64,000 nt of DNA from an uncultured Luminiphilus sp. Lineage in GTDB: Bacteria; Pseudomonadota; Gammaproteobacteria; Pseudomonadales; Halieaceae. This document shows positions 30,725 to 41,354 of this stretch, one piece after another. A model generated the notes under the pieces. It saw nothing but the letters and a program-made list of their open reading frames with translations, did not search any database and was not told the origin of the DNA. The number at the start of each line of letters is the position of its first letter. Position 1 is the first letter of the stretch. The translations under genes and the position numbers were made by a program. The stretch lies in assembly GCA_963926325.1 (NCBI GenBank), contig CAWUXF010000013.1, positions 28,177 to 92,176 of the forward strand. Direction: 5' to 3'.

Positions 30725-31063
30725 ATGGAAGCTCACGAGATAGATGTTTTAAAAAATTTGCTGCTATCGCTTCGAGAGGAGATCGGGCAGCTTACAGCCC
30801 AGAGTGCCGATGCTACGAGCACTGTCGCACTCGATCAGTCAAAGGTGGGCCGCCTGTCTCGCATGGATGCTATGCAAGCGCAGCAGATGGCGCAGGAAAC
30901 CGCCCGCAGAAGGCAGTTACAGCTGCAGAAGATCGATAGCGCCTTAAAGCGCATCGCGCTTGACGATTACGGCTACTGCTATAAATGTGGGGACGAAATT
31001 GAGGCTGCCAGACTTAAATTTGATCCTGCATATACACGATGCGTACAGTGCACCGAAGCCTGA
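30725..31063 (+). CDS. DksA/TraR family C4-type zinc-finger protein
   Basis: 112 aa with a coiled-coil N-terminal half and the C-terminal zinc finger CYKCGDEIEAARLKFDPAYTRCVQC (CxxC-N17-CxxC). Confidence 0.85.
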   Translation: MEAHEIDVLKNLLLSLREEIGQLTAQSADATSTVALDQSKVGRLSRMDAMQAQQMAQETARRRQLQLQKIDSALKRIALDDYGYCYKCGDEIEAARLKFDPAYTRCVQCTEA

Positions 31064-31223
31064 CGGCTTGTTACCAACAACCGTGCCGTCAGCCAGATAC
31101 TGAGCAAACCATTGCATCCAACCACTGCGATTTGATAACCCGGGGGTACCCAATAGACCCTGGATTAGAAATGACACTTTGACTGCTCGATTTTAAAGCA
31201 GTGCAAGGTATGGTCAGGTGCAA

Positions 31224-31256
31224 GACTGTGGCAGGACTGTGGCAGGACTGTGGCAG
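31224..31256. repeat. 11-bp tandem repeat x3
   Basis: GACTGTGGCAG repeated three times exactly. Intergenic between the convergent DksA-like and ADH genes. Confidence 0.9.
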
Positions 31257-31311
31257 GATGCAAGTCGCGCAGACCACAAAATCATAGCCTCCAAATTTTG
31301 AGAAGCGCCCG

Positions 31312-32316
31312 TTACAGCGTGACGCAAATCTTCCCAAAGTGCTTCTGTGAAGCCTGATGATGAAAGGCTGAACCCAGCGCCTCCAATGAAAAAGTACTAT
31401 CAATAACGGGCTGAATATTATGTGCCTCCACCGCCGCTATCATTGCCGCCTGATCGCTATGACTGCCCACAGTGATACCACTGAGACGACCATTTTTTGT
31501 CATGAATGCGGCCGTGGGCATTTCACCTGCAAAGCCGGTTAGCACCCCGATAAGGCTGATACAGCCGTCTACAGCTAAAGCTGCGACCGATTGCGGCAGA
31601 TTGCCCGGGCCACCGACTTCTACGACCAGATCAACACCGCGACCACCGGTCATTTCGAAGGCCGTAGCGCCCCAATTAGCATCATTGCGATAATTGATCA
31701 CGTGTTCTGCACCCAAGGCTTTTAGGCGTGCCAGTTTTTCGTCAGACGATGACGTGGCGATCACGCGACAACCCATAATCCGTTCAAACTGTAAGGCGAA
31801 GACGGACACACCGCCACTACCCTGAACCAGCACCCAGTCACCGGGTTTCAGATGGGTCTCAACCACTAACGCGCGCCACGCCGTAAGACCGGCGCAGCTC
31901 AGGGTTGAGGCAGCGACAAAATCAAGGTTATTCGGCATACGGCTAAAAGCTTGCGCAGACATCGTCACCCGCTCGGAAGCAAAGCCATCAACGTGATCGC
32001 CGGGAACACCTTGCAATACATCAATGTTCGGTCGACCACTTGTCCAGCGGGGGAAAAAGTGACTTATGACATTATCACCTAGCGCAAAGTCGGTCACACC
32101 ATCGCCAACCGCCATCACCATACCTGCGCCATCCGACATAGGGATTCGCCCATCATCAGCAGGGATCAAACCCACCACGACGGCATAGTCATGAAAATTC
32201 AGCGATGTGGCTTTAACTGCGACCTGAATTTCACCGGACGCAGGATCTCGTGGCGTGATTTCAATCATCTTAAGCTGATCAATTCCACCTGGTGCGGTTA
32301 AAGCCATTGCCTTCAT
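31312..32316 (-). CDS. NAD(P)-dependent MDR-family alcohol dehydrogenase / oxidoreductase
   Basis: 334 aa with a GroES-like N-terminal domain and a Rossmann domain (VLVQGSGGVS). Confidence 0.88.
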   Translation of the reverse strand: MKAMALTAPGGIDQLKMIEITPRDPASGEIQVAVKATSLNFHDYAVVVGLIPADDGRIPMSDGAGMVMAVGDGVTDFALGDNVISHFFPRWTSGRPNIDVLQGVPGDHVDGFASERVTMSAQAFSRMPNNLDFVAASTLSCAGLTAWRALVVETHLKPGDWVLVQGSGGVSVFALQFERIMGCRVIATSSSDEKLARLKALGAEHVINYRNDANWGATAFEMTGGRGVDLVVEVGGPGNLPQSVAALAVDGCISLIGVLTGFAGEMPTAAFMTKNGRLSGITVGSHSDQAAMIAAVEAHNIQPVIDSTFSLEALGSAFHHQASQKHFGKICVTL

Positions 32317-32798
32317 AACGTGATCTCCTGTGTGCGCAATATCGCAACATCGTATAACGGACGCAGTCGCCTCACCAAAGGCGTCTGCACGCCAAAGAGT
32401 ACAGATTTGGTATGCGCAAGTAACTTATTTTAATGAAAGGCGACTCCAAATTCTGAAGTTTAATTTGCCGGATTTGTCTGCCTCACACTAACTACCACTG
32501 CGCTGAAGCGCATCAAAAAACAGCGGTATAGCGTAACAAAATAAGATCTAAGCTGAATAGATTGCAGTACGAATAGGTTGATGACGATGCGATCATCGCC
32601 AAAAAAACTCTGCGGGTATTTCGGTGCCAGTTAGCGCGCTGTCCGATGACTTTATCGATACCTAAACTCATTGAGCAAAAAATGAAGATACCCTTTTGCT
32701 AATGGCAAGACCATAATAAAGGTCTAGCCGCATAAACCGTTTAATTTGCTGAAGGTTTAGCACAGTCATAGAATTTTGTAATCCAAAGGGAGAGTTTG

Positions 32799-33263
32799 AT
32801 GCAGTTCCGATGTCAGGGTAAATGCGTTTCCAGCCGGGGGTTTTCTCTAATAGAGATAATGGTCGCCATTGCGATTATCGGAATTCTCGCTGCTGTGGCG
32901 CTGCCTGCTTACCAGAGCTATGTAAAACGTTCGGAATTTGCCCAGGTAATAGAAGATTTTGATGCATTAAAATTAGCCATCGAAATTTGCTGGGAAGTGG
33001 AGGGCGATTTGAGACTATGCGATAAAGCCAATGGTGGCGTAGCCGCCGTCGCCGATGGATTACCCGGTGCGGGTGTGCGCATATTCACGTCAAGCGAAGC
33101 GTATACAACACAAGTCAGATTATACAGCACAGCGGTTAAACTGTCTGACGGGTCAATTACGCAAATACAATACGGCGCTCGGGCCACAAATGGCGGCGCA
33201 TTACAGTGGAGCATCACAGAAAATGCATCCAATTGTCTGACTGAAGGCATCTGCACGCCTTAA
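32799..33263 (+). CDS. Type IV pilin / pseudopilin-like protein (prepilin N-terminal methylation motif)
   Basis: Leader MQFRCQGKCVSSRG, then the cleavage/methylation site G|FSLIEIMVAIAIIGILAAVALPAYQSY, and a C-terminal Cys pair (NCLTEGIC). A strong SD GGGAGAG precedes the ATG at 32799. Confidence 0.85.
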   Translation: MQFRCQGKCVSSRGFSLIEIMVAIAIIGILAAVALPAYQSYVKRSEFAQVIEDFDALKLAIEICWEVEGDLRLCDKANGGVAAVADGLPGAGVRIFTSSEAYTTQVRLYSTAVKLSDGSITQIQYGARATNGGALQWSITENASNCLTEGICTP

Positions 33264-33484
33264 CAGCCTGTCGGTCGCCGATTAACGCGAACTGCGCAGC
33301 CTTAAAAGCCTGAAAAAGAAGTCTGAAAATATGCGTGGACTAGACCCGATGGCATCGCCACACAGCAGCGTTAACGACGCTCATGGCGACGAAGGCGATA
33401 TACGAAGGGGAGTCCGGCACTGGTGGCTCAGACACCAGAAGCTTAACCAGATAACGCGCTAAGCACTTGCCAAAAAACAGAAAA

Positions 33485-33560
33485 TGGTGGGCCGTGCTGG
33501 GTTCGAACCAGCGACCAATTGGTTAAAAGCCAACTGCTCTACCGACTGAGCTAACGGCCC
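33485..33560 (-). tRNA. tRNA-Lys (anticodon UUU)
   Basis: I folded a 76-nt cloverleaf by hand. It has a 7-bp acceptor GGGCCGT/ACGGCCC, a D arm GCTC-AGTCGGTA-GAGC, an anticodon loop CTTTTAA, a T arm GCTGG-TTCGAAC-CCAGC, and an encoded CCA. Confidence 0.95.
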
Positions 33561-33620
33561 GATAGCATCAAATGCGAGCCGCGTATCTTACGGATATTGT
33601 TATCCATTGCAAGCTTTTGT

Positions 33621-34307
33621 CTAAACTGGTCGCACACTGCGGTAACGTGTTGGATCGGGCACCCCTGCAGCGGTAAAACCTTCACGTCTTAAACGGCAAC
33701 TATCGCATACACCACAGGCAGTGCCATCGTCTTCCGCCTGATAACAAGAGACCGTTAGACCGTAATCAACCCCCAATTCAGTGCCCAAACTAATGATCTC
33801 TGCCTTAGTCATATTAATAATCGGGGTGCAAATATCGATCGCCTGCCCCTCTACACCGGCCTTGGTAGCAACAGCAGTCAACTGCCGAAACGCCTCGATA
33901 AATGCAGGTCGACAATCTGGGTAACCAGAATAATCGACAGCATTGACGCCGATATAAATTTCATCGGCCGACAGCACTTCGGCCCATCCTAGGGCAATAG
34001 ATAAAAACACCGTATTGCGCGCAGGCACATAGGTGATGGGAATACCTTCGGTGGGCGATGTTGGCACGTCTATGGTCGAGTCGGTCAACGCTGAGCCACC
34101 AATGGTACTGAGGTCGAGACATACGGTTTTGTGGGTCACACCAGGCAAACTGCGAGCAACAAAATCTGCTGCAATCAGTTCAGCGCGATGGCGCTGTCCG
34201 TAATCGAAGCTCAAAGCAAAACATTCTCGTCCCTGGCTGTGCGCCATGGCCAGCACAGTGGCGGAATCCAAACCCCCCGAGGTCAGTATCACGGCGCGCT
34301 TCTTCAT
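33621..34307 (-). CDS. queC: 7-cyano-7-deazaguanine synthase
   Basis: 228 aa with the PP-loop SGGLDS and a C-terminal zinc Cys cluster (CYQ...CGVCDSC). Confidence 0.95.
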   Translation of the reverse strand: MKKRAVILTSGGLDSATVLAMAHSQGRECFALSFDYGQRHRAELIAADFVARSLPGVTHKTVCLDLSTIGGSALTDSTIDVPTSPTEGIPITYVPARNTVFLSIALGWAEVLSADEIYIGVNAVDYSGYPDCRPAFIEAFRQLTAVATKAGVEGQAIDICTPIINMTKAEIISLGTELGVDYGLTVSCYQAEDDGTACGVCDSCRLRREGFTAAGVPDPTRYRSVRPV

Positions 34308-34308
34308 A

Positions 34309-34968
34309 TTAATGGCCTGGCTCGTCGTTCCAAAGAAACTTATGCAACTGCAACTGAAGCCGTGCCTCTAGCTTGTCAGCCAGCATCCAGTCGGCAAGCT
34401 CGGTCGGCGATACAACACCATGGGAGGGGGACAGTAAAAGATCTGATACGCGACTGAGCAGCTGATGCTCGTCAATTTTGAAGCGCGCCCAGTCGTAGTC
34501 TTCACGACTACAAATGACAAACTTTAGCTGATCATGCTCGGTCAAATAGGCAATATTCGACCACAGATTGCGATGGCTCTCACCGGAATCGGGTGTTTTC
34601 AGGTCCATCACACGACTGACCCGGGTGTCGATATGCTCAAGCGTCATCGCACCGCTAGTCTCTAATGAGACTTCAAACCCGCTGTCACACAGCAAAGTGA
34701 GCAGCTGGGCACACTCAGGCTGAGCCAACGGTTCACCGCCAGTGACACAGATGCGACGACAACCGAACGCATTGATCTGATCAAAAATTTGGGCAATGGT
34801 ATAAATCTGCCCACCCGAAAAAGCGTACGCGGTATCGCAGTAAACACATCTTAAGGGGCAGCCCGTTAGACGGACAAAGACGGTGGGCAAGCCCACTGTT
34901 CTGGCCTCACCTTGCAGTGAGTAGAAAATCTCAGTGATCCGTAATGACAACTCGGAGAGGTTTGACAA
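34309..34968 (-). CDS. queE: 7-carboxy-7-deazaguanine synthase (radical SAM)
   Basis: 219 aa with the radical-SAM cluster motif CPLRCVYCD, immediately upstream of queC. Confidence 0.95.
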   Translation of the reverse strand: MSNLSELSLRITEIFYSLQGEARTVGLPTVFVRLTGCPLRCVYCDTAYAFSGGQIYTIAQIFDQINAFGCRRICVTGGEPLAQPECAQLLTLLCDSGFEVSLETSGAMTLEHIDTRVSRVMDLKTPDSGESHRNLWSNIAYLTEHDQLKFVICSREDYDWARFKIDEHQLLSRVSDLLLSPSHGVVSPTELADWMLADKLEARLQLQLHKFLWNDEPGH

Positions 34969-34979
34969 GGCTAAGTCGC

Positions 34980-35960
34980 TTAAAAATTCTGATCAATAAA
35001 ATCTTGCGCCAGCTGAGCAGCGGGATGCCCTTGCGCGCCATATTCCTTGATAACACGGTCCAAATATTCACGCGAGCGCTCAGGATTACCCTTCAAGTAA
35101 TATACCCGACCCAGCTTGTAGAGCGCGTCAGGCACTTTGGCGTTATCTGGGTATTGATCGAGCAAAAGCTTAAAACTCTGACGTGCAAGTTCAGCATCGG
35201 CAGGCTCAATAACCAGGTACAACTCACCCAACCAATAATGCGCATTGGGTGCGTATTTACCGAAAGGATAACTATCTAAAAAATCGATAAAACCAGTCAC
35301 CGCACCATTAAAATCACGTCCTTTAACCAACTCGTAGGCGTCTCGGTACATCGCCTCTTCGCCTGGCTGGGCCTCGGCACTCACTGCCGTCGGCGTATTG
35401 ACCTCGGGCACTGCGGGTATACCCGCGGTATTCTGATCAGTACCCACTAACGCGTCTTCAAGGCTATCGCCAACGCCAAAGGCGGCCAAACGCCGATCTA
35501 GATCGATGTAACGCTCAAGACCCTGTTCTTTCAACGTACGAATCTCTTGTGTTTGCTGTTCAACAATACCGTTCAATCGTCGAACTTCTGCTTGCAACTG
35601 TTGCAGCTGAATCACCACACCGCCGGGGCTAGGCATCGGATCGGTTCTGGTAATCACTGGCGCAGGTAACGTAGTGCCGGCATATGGCCGGATGGTCCCG
35701 TCGCCACCAGCGCTGCCACTATAAGGAGTGTTCGGCGTCACAGACTGACCAGAGACCGTACCCTCCACACTATTATCCACGCTATTATTCACGCTATTAA
35801 TAGTGACGGGGATCGACGTACCTGTATTCACAACAACATCGCCACGGCGGGCAGCTTCTCGCTCCGCTTCAACGTCGATATAGTCTTGCGCCACAGATAT
35901 GGTCGTTAAACAAATAGAAAAGCCGGCGACCAGCACCGGCTTGTATTGCATTGCCTTCAA
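34980..35960 (-). CDS. cpoB: Cell division coordinator CpoB (YbgF)
   Basis: 326 aa with a signal peptide, a coiled-coil segment (LQQLQAEVRRLNGIVEQQTQEIRTLKEQ) and C-terminal TPR repeats. Positioned after pal. Confidence 0.9.
   Translation of the reverse strand: MKAMQYKPVLVAGFSICLTTISVAQDYIDVEAEREAARRGDVVVNTGTSIPVTINSVNNSVDNSVEGTVSGQSVTPNTPYSGSAGGDGTIRPYAGTTLPAPVITRTDPMPSPGGVVIQLQQLQAEVRRLNGIVEQQTQEIRTLKEQGLERYIDLDRRLAAFGVGDSLEDALVGTDQNTAGIPAVPEVNTPTAVSAEAQPGEEAMYRDAYELVKGRDFNGAVTGFIDFLDSYPFGKYAPNAHYWLGELYLVIEPADAELARQSFKLLLDQYPDNAKVPDALYKLGRVYYLKGNPERSREYLDRVIKEYGAQGHPAAQLAQDFIDQNF
35765..35800. repeat. 3 x 12-bp imperfect tandem repeat inside cpoB
   Basis: CCACACTATTAT / CCACGCTATTAT / TCACGCTATTAA. 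Encodes the NSVNNSVDNSV stretch of the linker. Confidence 0.8.
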
Positions 35961-35972
35961 GAGAGACCTCGC

Positions 35973-36533
35973 TTATTTGAGCTCTACACGACGATTCTGT
36001 TCCCAGCTAGCTTCGCCGGAACCAAAGGCAACAGGGTTCTCTTCACCGTAGCTAATAGACTCAATGCGATAGCTGGGCACACCATTGGCAACCATATAAT
36101 CGCGAACTGAGTTAGCGCGACGCTCGCCTAAAGCCAAGTTGTATTCGCGGGTGCCGCGCTCGTCGGTATGACCTTCAAGACGGACGCTGCTATCACTGGC
36201 GAGCAATACTGCAATATGCGCATCTACTGCATCGCGGGCGTCTGCCGTCAGGGCAGAACTGTCAAAGTCAAAGTAAAAGACGTTGCCTGCCGCCATTGCG
36301 GCATCCTGCAGGCGCTGTTCTTCGGCCATCGCAGCAGCTTTCGCCTCTGCCTGTGCCGCTTGGGCAGCAGTTTCGGCAGCAGCCTGAGTAGCAGCTTCTT
36401 GCGCAGCAGCATCTGCAGCGGCAGCGGCAGCAGCGTCTGTAGTGTCCATCGTATCGTTGCTTGAGCACGCAGCAAGAATAAGCGTTGCAAAAGCAATTGC
36501 AGTTAATTTACCGGCAGCTGGGAGTACTTTCAT
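35973..36533 (-). CDS. pal: Peptidoglycan-associated lipoprotein Pal
   Basis: Lipobox LILAAC|S after the ATG at 36533, an Ala/Gln-rich linker, and an OmpA-like C-terminal domain (...EGHTDERGTREYNLALGERRA...NRRVEL). The maximal ORF extends to 36590. Confidence 0.95.
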   Translation of the reverse strand: MKVLPAAGKLTAIAFATLILAACSSNDTMDTTDAAAAAAADAAAQEAATQAAAETAAQAAQAEAKAAAMAEEQRLQDAAMAAGNVFYFDFDSSALTADARDAVDAHIAVLLASDSSVRLEGHTDERGTREYNLALGERRANSVRDYMVANGVPSYRIESISYGEENPVAFGSGEASWEQNRRVELK

Positions 36534-36643
36534 CGATTTTGTCCTATCATGTCTAAAGTATTGTTTACCACTGCGTATAATGTATCGCATATCTTACTTT
36601 TTTGTTCACACATTGATGGCTTTTTTTCACCTTCTTGATCATT

Positions 36644-37960
36644 TTATTGATAAATATACGGTGACCACGCGGGCTCCTGCACATTACCATCGCGTGCCGG
36701 CAGACTGAACCTTACTCCGCCATCAACCGCCACAGCGCTCAAAATGCCGACGCCGTTGCGTTTTGTTGCGTACAGTACTATCGATCCATTGGGGGCAATG
36801 CTCGGGCTCTCGTCCAAACTTGTCGCCGTAAGCACCGTCAGCTTGCTCGTCACCAAGTCATGTACAGCAATGTGATACCGACCATCTCGCTGGTGGACCA
36901 AAGCGACATTGCGACCGTCTTGGGCCACGCGAGCTCGGGCGTTATAGGTCCCCTCAAAGGTCACACGCGTGATTTTACCAGTCATTAAATCGTATCGATA
37001 AATCTGCGGCCGCCCACCACGATCCGAAGTAAACAGTAGCGACTTACCGTCGGGCATCCAGGTCGGCTCAGTATCAATGGCATAGTGGCGAGTCAATCGG
37101 GACAACTGGCGACTGGCCAGGTTCATCAGGTAGATATCAGGATTGCCATCTTTGGAAAGCACCATGGCCATAGCATTACCATCCGGCGACCAGACCGGTG
37201 AATTGTTCAAGCCTTTAAAATTAGTCAGCTGTTCGCGGGCACCCGTTTGTAAGTTCTGTCGGTAAATGGCCGGACGAGAAGTCTCGAAAGAGACATAGGC
37301 GACCTCATTACCATTTGGCGACCAAGCGGGGGACATAATCGGATCGCGGCCTTCAAATAGGACAATTGGACGAGCACCGTCGGAGTCCGACAATACTAAA
37401 CGATAGAAATCTTTACCCGTGGGATTACGTGTCACCGATACATATAACAGTCGTGTTGCAAAAGCGCCCGGTATGCCCGTTAGTTTTTCATAGATAGCAT
37501 CGGCCACCCTATGCGACAGCATGCGCGCTTCTTGGGCAGACCCCGAAACGCTGCCCGCTGTAATTTCTATCTGCCGTGTCGTGTCAAACAGCTGATACTC
37601 AATTCGCATCTCGGGACCATCAAATACGCGGCCAATCACGACATAGTCGCTATTAATTGCACGCCAATCACGGAAATAAATATCCGATCCACGACTCGGG
37701 TAGCTGAGCATATCTCGCCGACTCACCGGTGCAAATTGACCGCTGCGCGCAAGATCAGCATCGACGATTTGTGCGACATCTTCAGAGATGGCGCCCGCGC
37801 CTTGCCACGCGAAGGGCACCACCGCGATTGGCGTTGGATTATCGACGCCCTGAGTGACCTCGATGCGAAGCTGGGCGTGAGTCAGGGTACTGAGCAATGA
37901 GAGCAGTACAATAAAGCAGCGAAAGCCAAAAATGGCCGATGGTTTTACAAATTGGTGCAT
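36644..37960 (-). CDS. tolB: Tol-Pal system beta-propeller protein TolB
   Basis: 438 aa with a signal peptide and repeated ...PAWSPDG.../...PVWSPDG... propeller blades. The start overlaps the tolA stop (TAATG). Confidence 0.97.
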   Translation of the reverse strand: MHQFVKPSAIFGFRCFIVLLSLLSTLTHAQLRIEVTQGVDNPTPIAVVPFAWQGAGAISEDVAQIVDADLARSGQFAPVSRRDMLSYPSRGSDIYFRDWRAINSDYVVIGRVFDGPEMRIEYQLFDTTRQIEITAGSVSGSAQEARMLSHRVADAIYEKLTGIPGAFATRLLYVSVTRNPTGKDFYRLVLSDSDGARPIVLFEGRDPIMSPAWSPNGNEVAYVSFETSRPAIYRQNLQTGAREQLTNFKGLNNSPVWSPDGNAMAMVLSKDGNPDIYLMNLASRQLSRLTRHYAIDTEPTWMPDGKSLLFTSDRGGRPQIYRYDLMTGKITRVTFEGTYNARARVAQDGRNVALVHQRDGRYHIAVHDLVTSKLTVLTATSLDESPSIAPNGSIVLYATKRNGVGILSAVAVDGGVRFSLPARDGNVQEPAWSPYIYQ

Positions 37961-38661
37961 TAGTATCTCAAATCCTCAGGTCTAAAAATTATCTGGAAAC
38001 GACGGAAATCACGCTCAAATTCAGCCGACGTCAATTGACTGACTTCAGGGAAGCGGCCCGCCTTTTCCACCGCATTAATCGCACTGCGATCAAAGGCCAC
38101 GTTACCACTACTCTCCTCCACGGACACACCCACAACATCGCCGGTCGGTACCAATTGTATCGCTAGCACAGCCACCATACCGTTGCGTGCACTGGGAGGA
38201 CGAGCCCAGGGACTGATAACCGACAAGCGTATTAACGCCGCCACGGTATCGGTGACCGTGCCTTTAGCACCGGCTTCTAACGCTGCATCAGCTTGCAACG
38301 CTTGCGCCATTTCTGCACGCGTGAGCGCCGCGAGTTGCGCTTCAGTCAGCCTAGGCACTGATGACTCGGGCGCAACCTCGGGCACTGCCGGCGCTTTCAA
38401 TACTGGTTTTGGTATGGGCTTAGGTGCTGGCTTGGGTTTCGTCGCAGAGGGCTTGGGTTTGGGCTTGAGTTTGGGTTTAGGTTTGGGCTTCAGGTCCTCG
38501 GCGTTGACCAAGGTCGCCTGAATAGCCACCAGCTTTGGTGTCGCCGCCACAACCGTCTGCGGCGTATCGCTCGGCAGACGAATAACCAGCCATAGCAATA
38601 ATACATGCAGCCCTAAGGTCACTAATATCGGCAATCCCAAATAAGTGACACGATCTAGCAT
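37960..38661 (-). CDS. tolA: Tol-Pal system protein TolA (short form)
   Basis: 233 aa with an N-terminal TM anchor, a Lys/Pro-rich linker ([29 protein letters not shown]) and a TolA/TonB-like C-terminal domain. Positioned between tolR and tolB. Confidence 0.85.
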   Translation of the reverse strand: MLDRVTYLGLPILVTLGLHVLLLWLVIRLPSDTPQTVVAATPKLVAIQATLVNAEDLKPKPKPKLKPKPKPSATKPKPAPKPIPKPVLKAPAVPEVAPESSVPRLTEAQLAALTRAEMAQALQADAALEAGAKGTVTDTVAALIRLSVISPWARPPSARNGMVAVLAIQLVPTGDVVGVSVEESSGNVAFDRSAINAVEKAGRFPEVSQLTSAEFERDFRRFQIIFRPEDLRY

Positions 38662-38668
38662 CTCGAAA

Positions 38669-39085
38669 TCAGCCCTTCGGCCCAGACTCAGTGACCAAAC
38701 CTACCGATGGCGCGCCGGCTTCCTGCAAAGTTGACATGACCGTAACCACACGCCCATAAGGTACTGCCTGATCACCCCAAACCAATACGGGCTTTCCCGG
38801 CGAGCGACGCAACACAGCCGCTACACGCTGTCGAATGGTCGCCAGCTCCAACGCCTGTTTTTCATTGCCACCAATGTTGAGGAACAGCTGGCCACTGGCA
38901 TCGACCGACACAATAAGCGGTTCGCTATCTTGATTTTCAACCGGCGCAGAATCGGCATCCGGCAAGTCAACTTTGACGCCCTGCATCAACATCGGTGCCG
39001 TCACCATAAAAATAATCAGCAACACCAGCATAACGTCGATATAGGGAACAACGTTGATTTCAGCAACTGCACGTCGTTTGCGCAC
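38669..39085 (-). CDS. tolR: Tol-Pal system protein TolR (ExbD family)
   Basis: 138 aa with EINVVPYIDVMLVLLIIFMV, typical of ExbD/TolR. Confidence 0.92.
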   Translation of the reverse strand: MRKRRAVAEINVVPYIDVMLVLLIIFMVTAPMLMQGVKVDLPDADSAPVENQDSEPLIVSVDASGQLFLNIGGNEKQALELATIRQRVAAVLRRSPGKPVLVWGDQAVPYGRVVTVMSTLQEAGAPSVGLVTESGPKG

Positions 39086-39090
39086 AGGCC

Positions 39091-39798
39091 TTACCCCTGC
39101 TTGTTACGCGCACGTAGCGCGTAAGTTTGGCGCGCCAAAATGCCCGAGAACTCATCAACAAATGAATCATAGCGACTGATTAAGTTATCGACCTTGGCAG
39201 CAAAACGGTTATAGGCCAGCACCGCCGGGATGGCGGCAAACAGCCCCATGGCAGTAGCAATTAACGCCTCAGAAATACCCGGGGCCACCGTGGCCAAAGT
39301 TGCCTGGGTGGCGTTAGCTAAACCACGGAAAGAATGCATGATCCCCCACACCGTACCGAACAGACCGATGTAAGGGCTGGTAGAACCAACAGACGCCAAA
39401 AAGGGCAGGTTGTGTTCCAGTCGATCGCCCTCGCGCAGGGTCGCTACACGCATCGCTCGCCGAGCACCTTCCAATATGGCATCAGCATCAATATCTGACT
39501 GGTGTGACAGTCGCGAGAATTCCTTAAAACCGGCTCGGAAAATACTTTCCGCCCCGGTAGGTAAATCACCCTCATCAATGGCTTGATTACCCTCACGATA
39601 CAGTTCGGCCAAGTCGACACCGCTCCAAAACCGCTCTTCAAAATCAAGCATCTCGTTGTGGGTGCGTTTGAGCAGTAAATAACGCTGCACAATCATGTAC
39701 CAAGACGTCATTGACGCCAGTAACAGTACTAGCATAACCAGCTGTACCGCTATACTAGCGCCCATCACGAGTTCGAGTAAGCCGAGCTCTTCGTTCAC
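39091..39798 (-). CDS. tolQ: Tol-Pal system protein TolQ (MotA/ExbB family)
   Basis: 235 aa with three TM segments and the conserved ...GLFGTVWGIM... and ...ALIATAMGLFAAIP... segments. Confidence 0.95.
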   Translation of the reverse strand: MNEELGLLELVMGASIAVQLVMLVLLLASMTSWYMIVQRYLLLKRTHNEMLDFEERFWSGVDLAELYREGNQAIDEGDLPTGAESIFRAGFKEFSRLSHQSDIDADAILEGARRAMRVATLREGDRLEHNLPFLASVGSTSPYIGLFGTVWGIMHSFRGLANATQATLATVAPGISEALIATAMGLFAAIPAVLAYNRFAAKVDNLISRYDSFVDEFSGILARQTYALRARNKQG

Positions 39799-39823
39799 TT
39801 AAGCCTCCATTATCCGTTAGTAC

Positions 39824-40231
39824 CTATATCTGAGCTGCTAACAAAGCAGTTCGCAATACCACCGGTAGTCGGCGCGGACGACCACTCAGACGGTGTACCG
39901 CAGCAACCTCAATAAAAGCCGATGAAAGTAACTCACCGCTGCGAAGTACTTGTTGCTCAAACCGCATCGTCGCCGCACCCACATCGACCACTTGCGCGGT
40001 GACCGATACCTCGTCGTCAAGCCCCGCCGAACAGTGGAATTTCGTCTCTACCGAGGTCACAACAAACATCAGTTCGTCGCCAAAAAATGCGCCCTTATCA
40101 AATCCCAAGGCGCGCATAAACTCCGTCCTTGCACGCTCAAAATACTTGAAGTAGTTGACATAATAGACAATACCACCCGCATCGGTATCTTCAATATAGA
40201 CCCTAACCGGTATCGAAAATTCCACCGACAT
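39824..40231 (-). CDS. ybgC: Tol-Pal-associated acyl-CoA thioesterase YbgC
   Basis: 135 aa 4HBT hotdog protein (VYIEDTDAGGIVYYVNYFKYFERAR). The start overlaps the ruvB stop (TAATG). Confidence 0.9.
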   Translation of the reverse strand: MSVEFSIPVRVYIEDTDAGGIVYYVNYFKYFERARTEFMRALGFDKGAFFGDELMFVVTSVETKFHCSAGLDDEVSVTAQVVDVGAATMRFEQQVLRSGELLSSAFIEVAAVHRLSGRPRRLPVVLRTALLAAQI

Positions 40232-41286
40232 TAGCTGTCACCAGTGACAAACTCTACTGCTGCCGATTCAGGCATCAGTGAGGCAGGCGGCTGCAGGCCA
40301 AAATGGGCATAGGCACTGCGCGTCGCCATACGACCACGCGGCGTGCGCATAATATATCCCTGTTGAATCAAGTAGGGCTCGAGCACGTCTTCTAAGGTGC
40401 CACGTTCCTCTGAAAGCGCCGCCGCCAAGCTGTCAATGCCAACCGGCCCACCGTCAAACTTTTCTATCAGCGTGAGCAGTAGCCGTCGGTCGAGATGATC
40501 AAAGCCTCGCTGGTCAACATTCAGTAAATCTAAGGCCTGTTGCGCCACATCAGCGGTGACAACGCCATCAGCTCGCACCTCGGCAAAATCTCGGACGCGG
40601 CGTAACAAGCGATTAGCAATTCTCGGTGTGCCACGTGCGCGTTTCGCTATTTCTCTGGCGCCATCGGCGGCAACACTCAAGCCCAAAATAGTCGCAGAGC
40701 GCGACACAATATGAGCCAGATCATCGACTTCGTAAAACTCTAATCGTTGCACAATGCCAAAACGATCGCGCAATGGCGAGGTGAGCAAGCCGGCTCGTGT
40801 TGTTGCACCCACCAACGTAAATGGCGGTAAATCTAACTTAATAGACCGCGCTGCAGGACCTTCACCTATCATAATGTCGAGCTGATAATCCTCCATCGCC
40901 GGATAGAGTATTTCTTCGACGTAGGGACTAAGACGATGGATTTCGTCGATAAACAACACATCCCCCGGCTCAAGGTTAGTCATGAGCGCCGCAATGTCAC
41001 CCGCTTTTTCCAATACTGGGCCGCTAGTGGTTTTTAGGTCGACGCCCATTTCATGGGCAATGATGCTGGCCAATGTCGTTTTACCTAGCCCAGGCGGCCC
41101 AAAGATCAAGGTGTGATCGAGGGGCTCATTACGGCCTTTTGCAGCCTGTAAAAATATTTCCATTTGCTCACGCACCGCACGCTGACCCACATAATCTGCC
41201 AGCGTTTTGGGACGAATCGCGCGATCAATAGCCTCATCAGACTTGCTCTGGGGCTCGGCGGCAATCAATCGGTCAGTTTCAATCAT
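40231..41286 (-). CDS. ruvB: Holliday junction branch migration ATPase RuvB
   Basis: 351 aa with Walker [12 protein letters not shown] and Walker [10 protein letters not shown]. Confidence 0.98.
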   Translation of the reverse strand: MIETDRLIAAEPQSKSDEAIDRAIRPKTLADYVGQRAVREQMEIFLQAAKGRNEPLDHTLIFGPPGLGKTTLASIIAHEMGVDLKTTSGPVLEKAGDIAALMTNLEPGDVLFIDEIHRLSPYVEEILYPAMEDYQLDIMIGEGPAARSIKLDLPPFTLVGATTRAGLLTSPLRDRFGIVQRLEFYEVDDLAHIVSRSATILGLSVAADGAREIAKRARGTPRIANRLLRRVRDFAEVRADGVVTADVAQQALDLLNVDQRGFDHLDRRLLLTLIEKFDGGPVGIDSLAAALSEERGTLEDVLEPYLIQQGYIMRTPRGRMATRSAYAHFGLQPPASLMPESAAVEFVTGDS

Positions 41287-41354
41287 CGCTCATCTCTGTT
41301 GGGGCGCCTAACTACCGCGCCAATTCTATCGCTTTTAGCCGGTTACATTGCATT

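Noticed and set aside
36248-36496. Two overlapping minus-strand ORFs (82 and 66 aa; the second is Cys/Arg-rich) and a plus-strand ORF inside pal.
   Set aside because: They are alternative-frame readings of the GCA/GCT-rich DNA that encodes the Ala/Gln linker of Pal. The Pal frame has clear homology (lipobox and OmpA-like domain).
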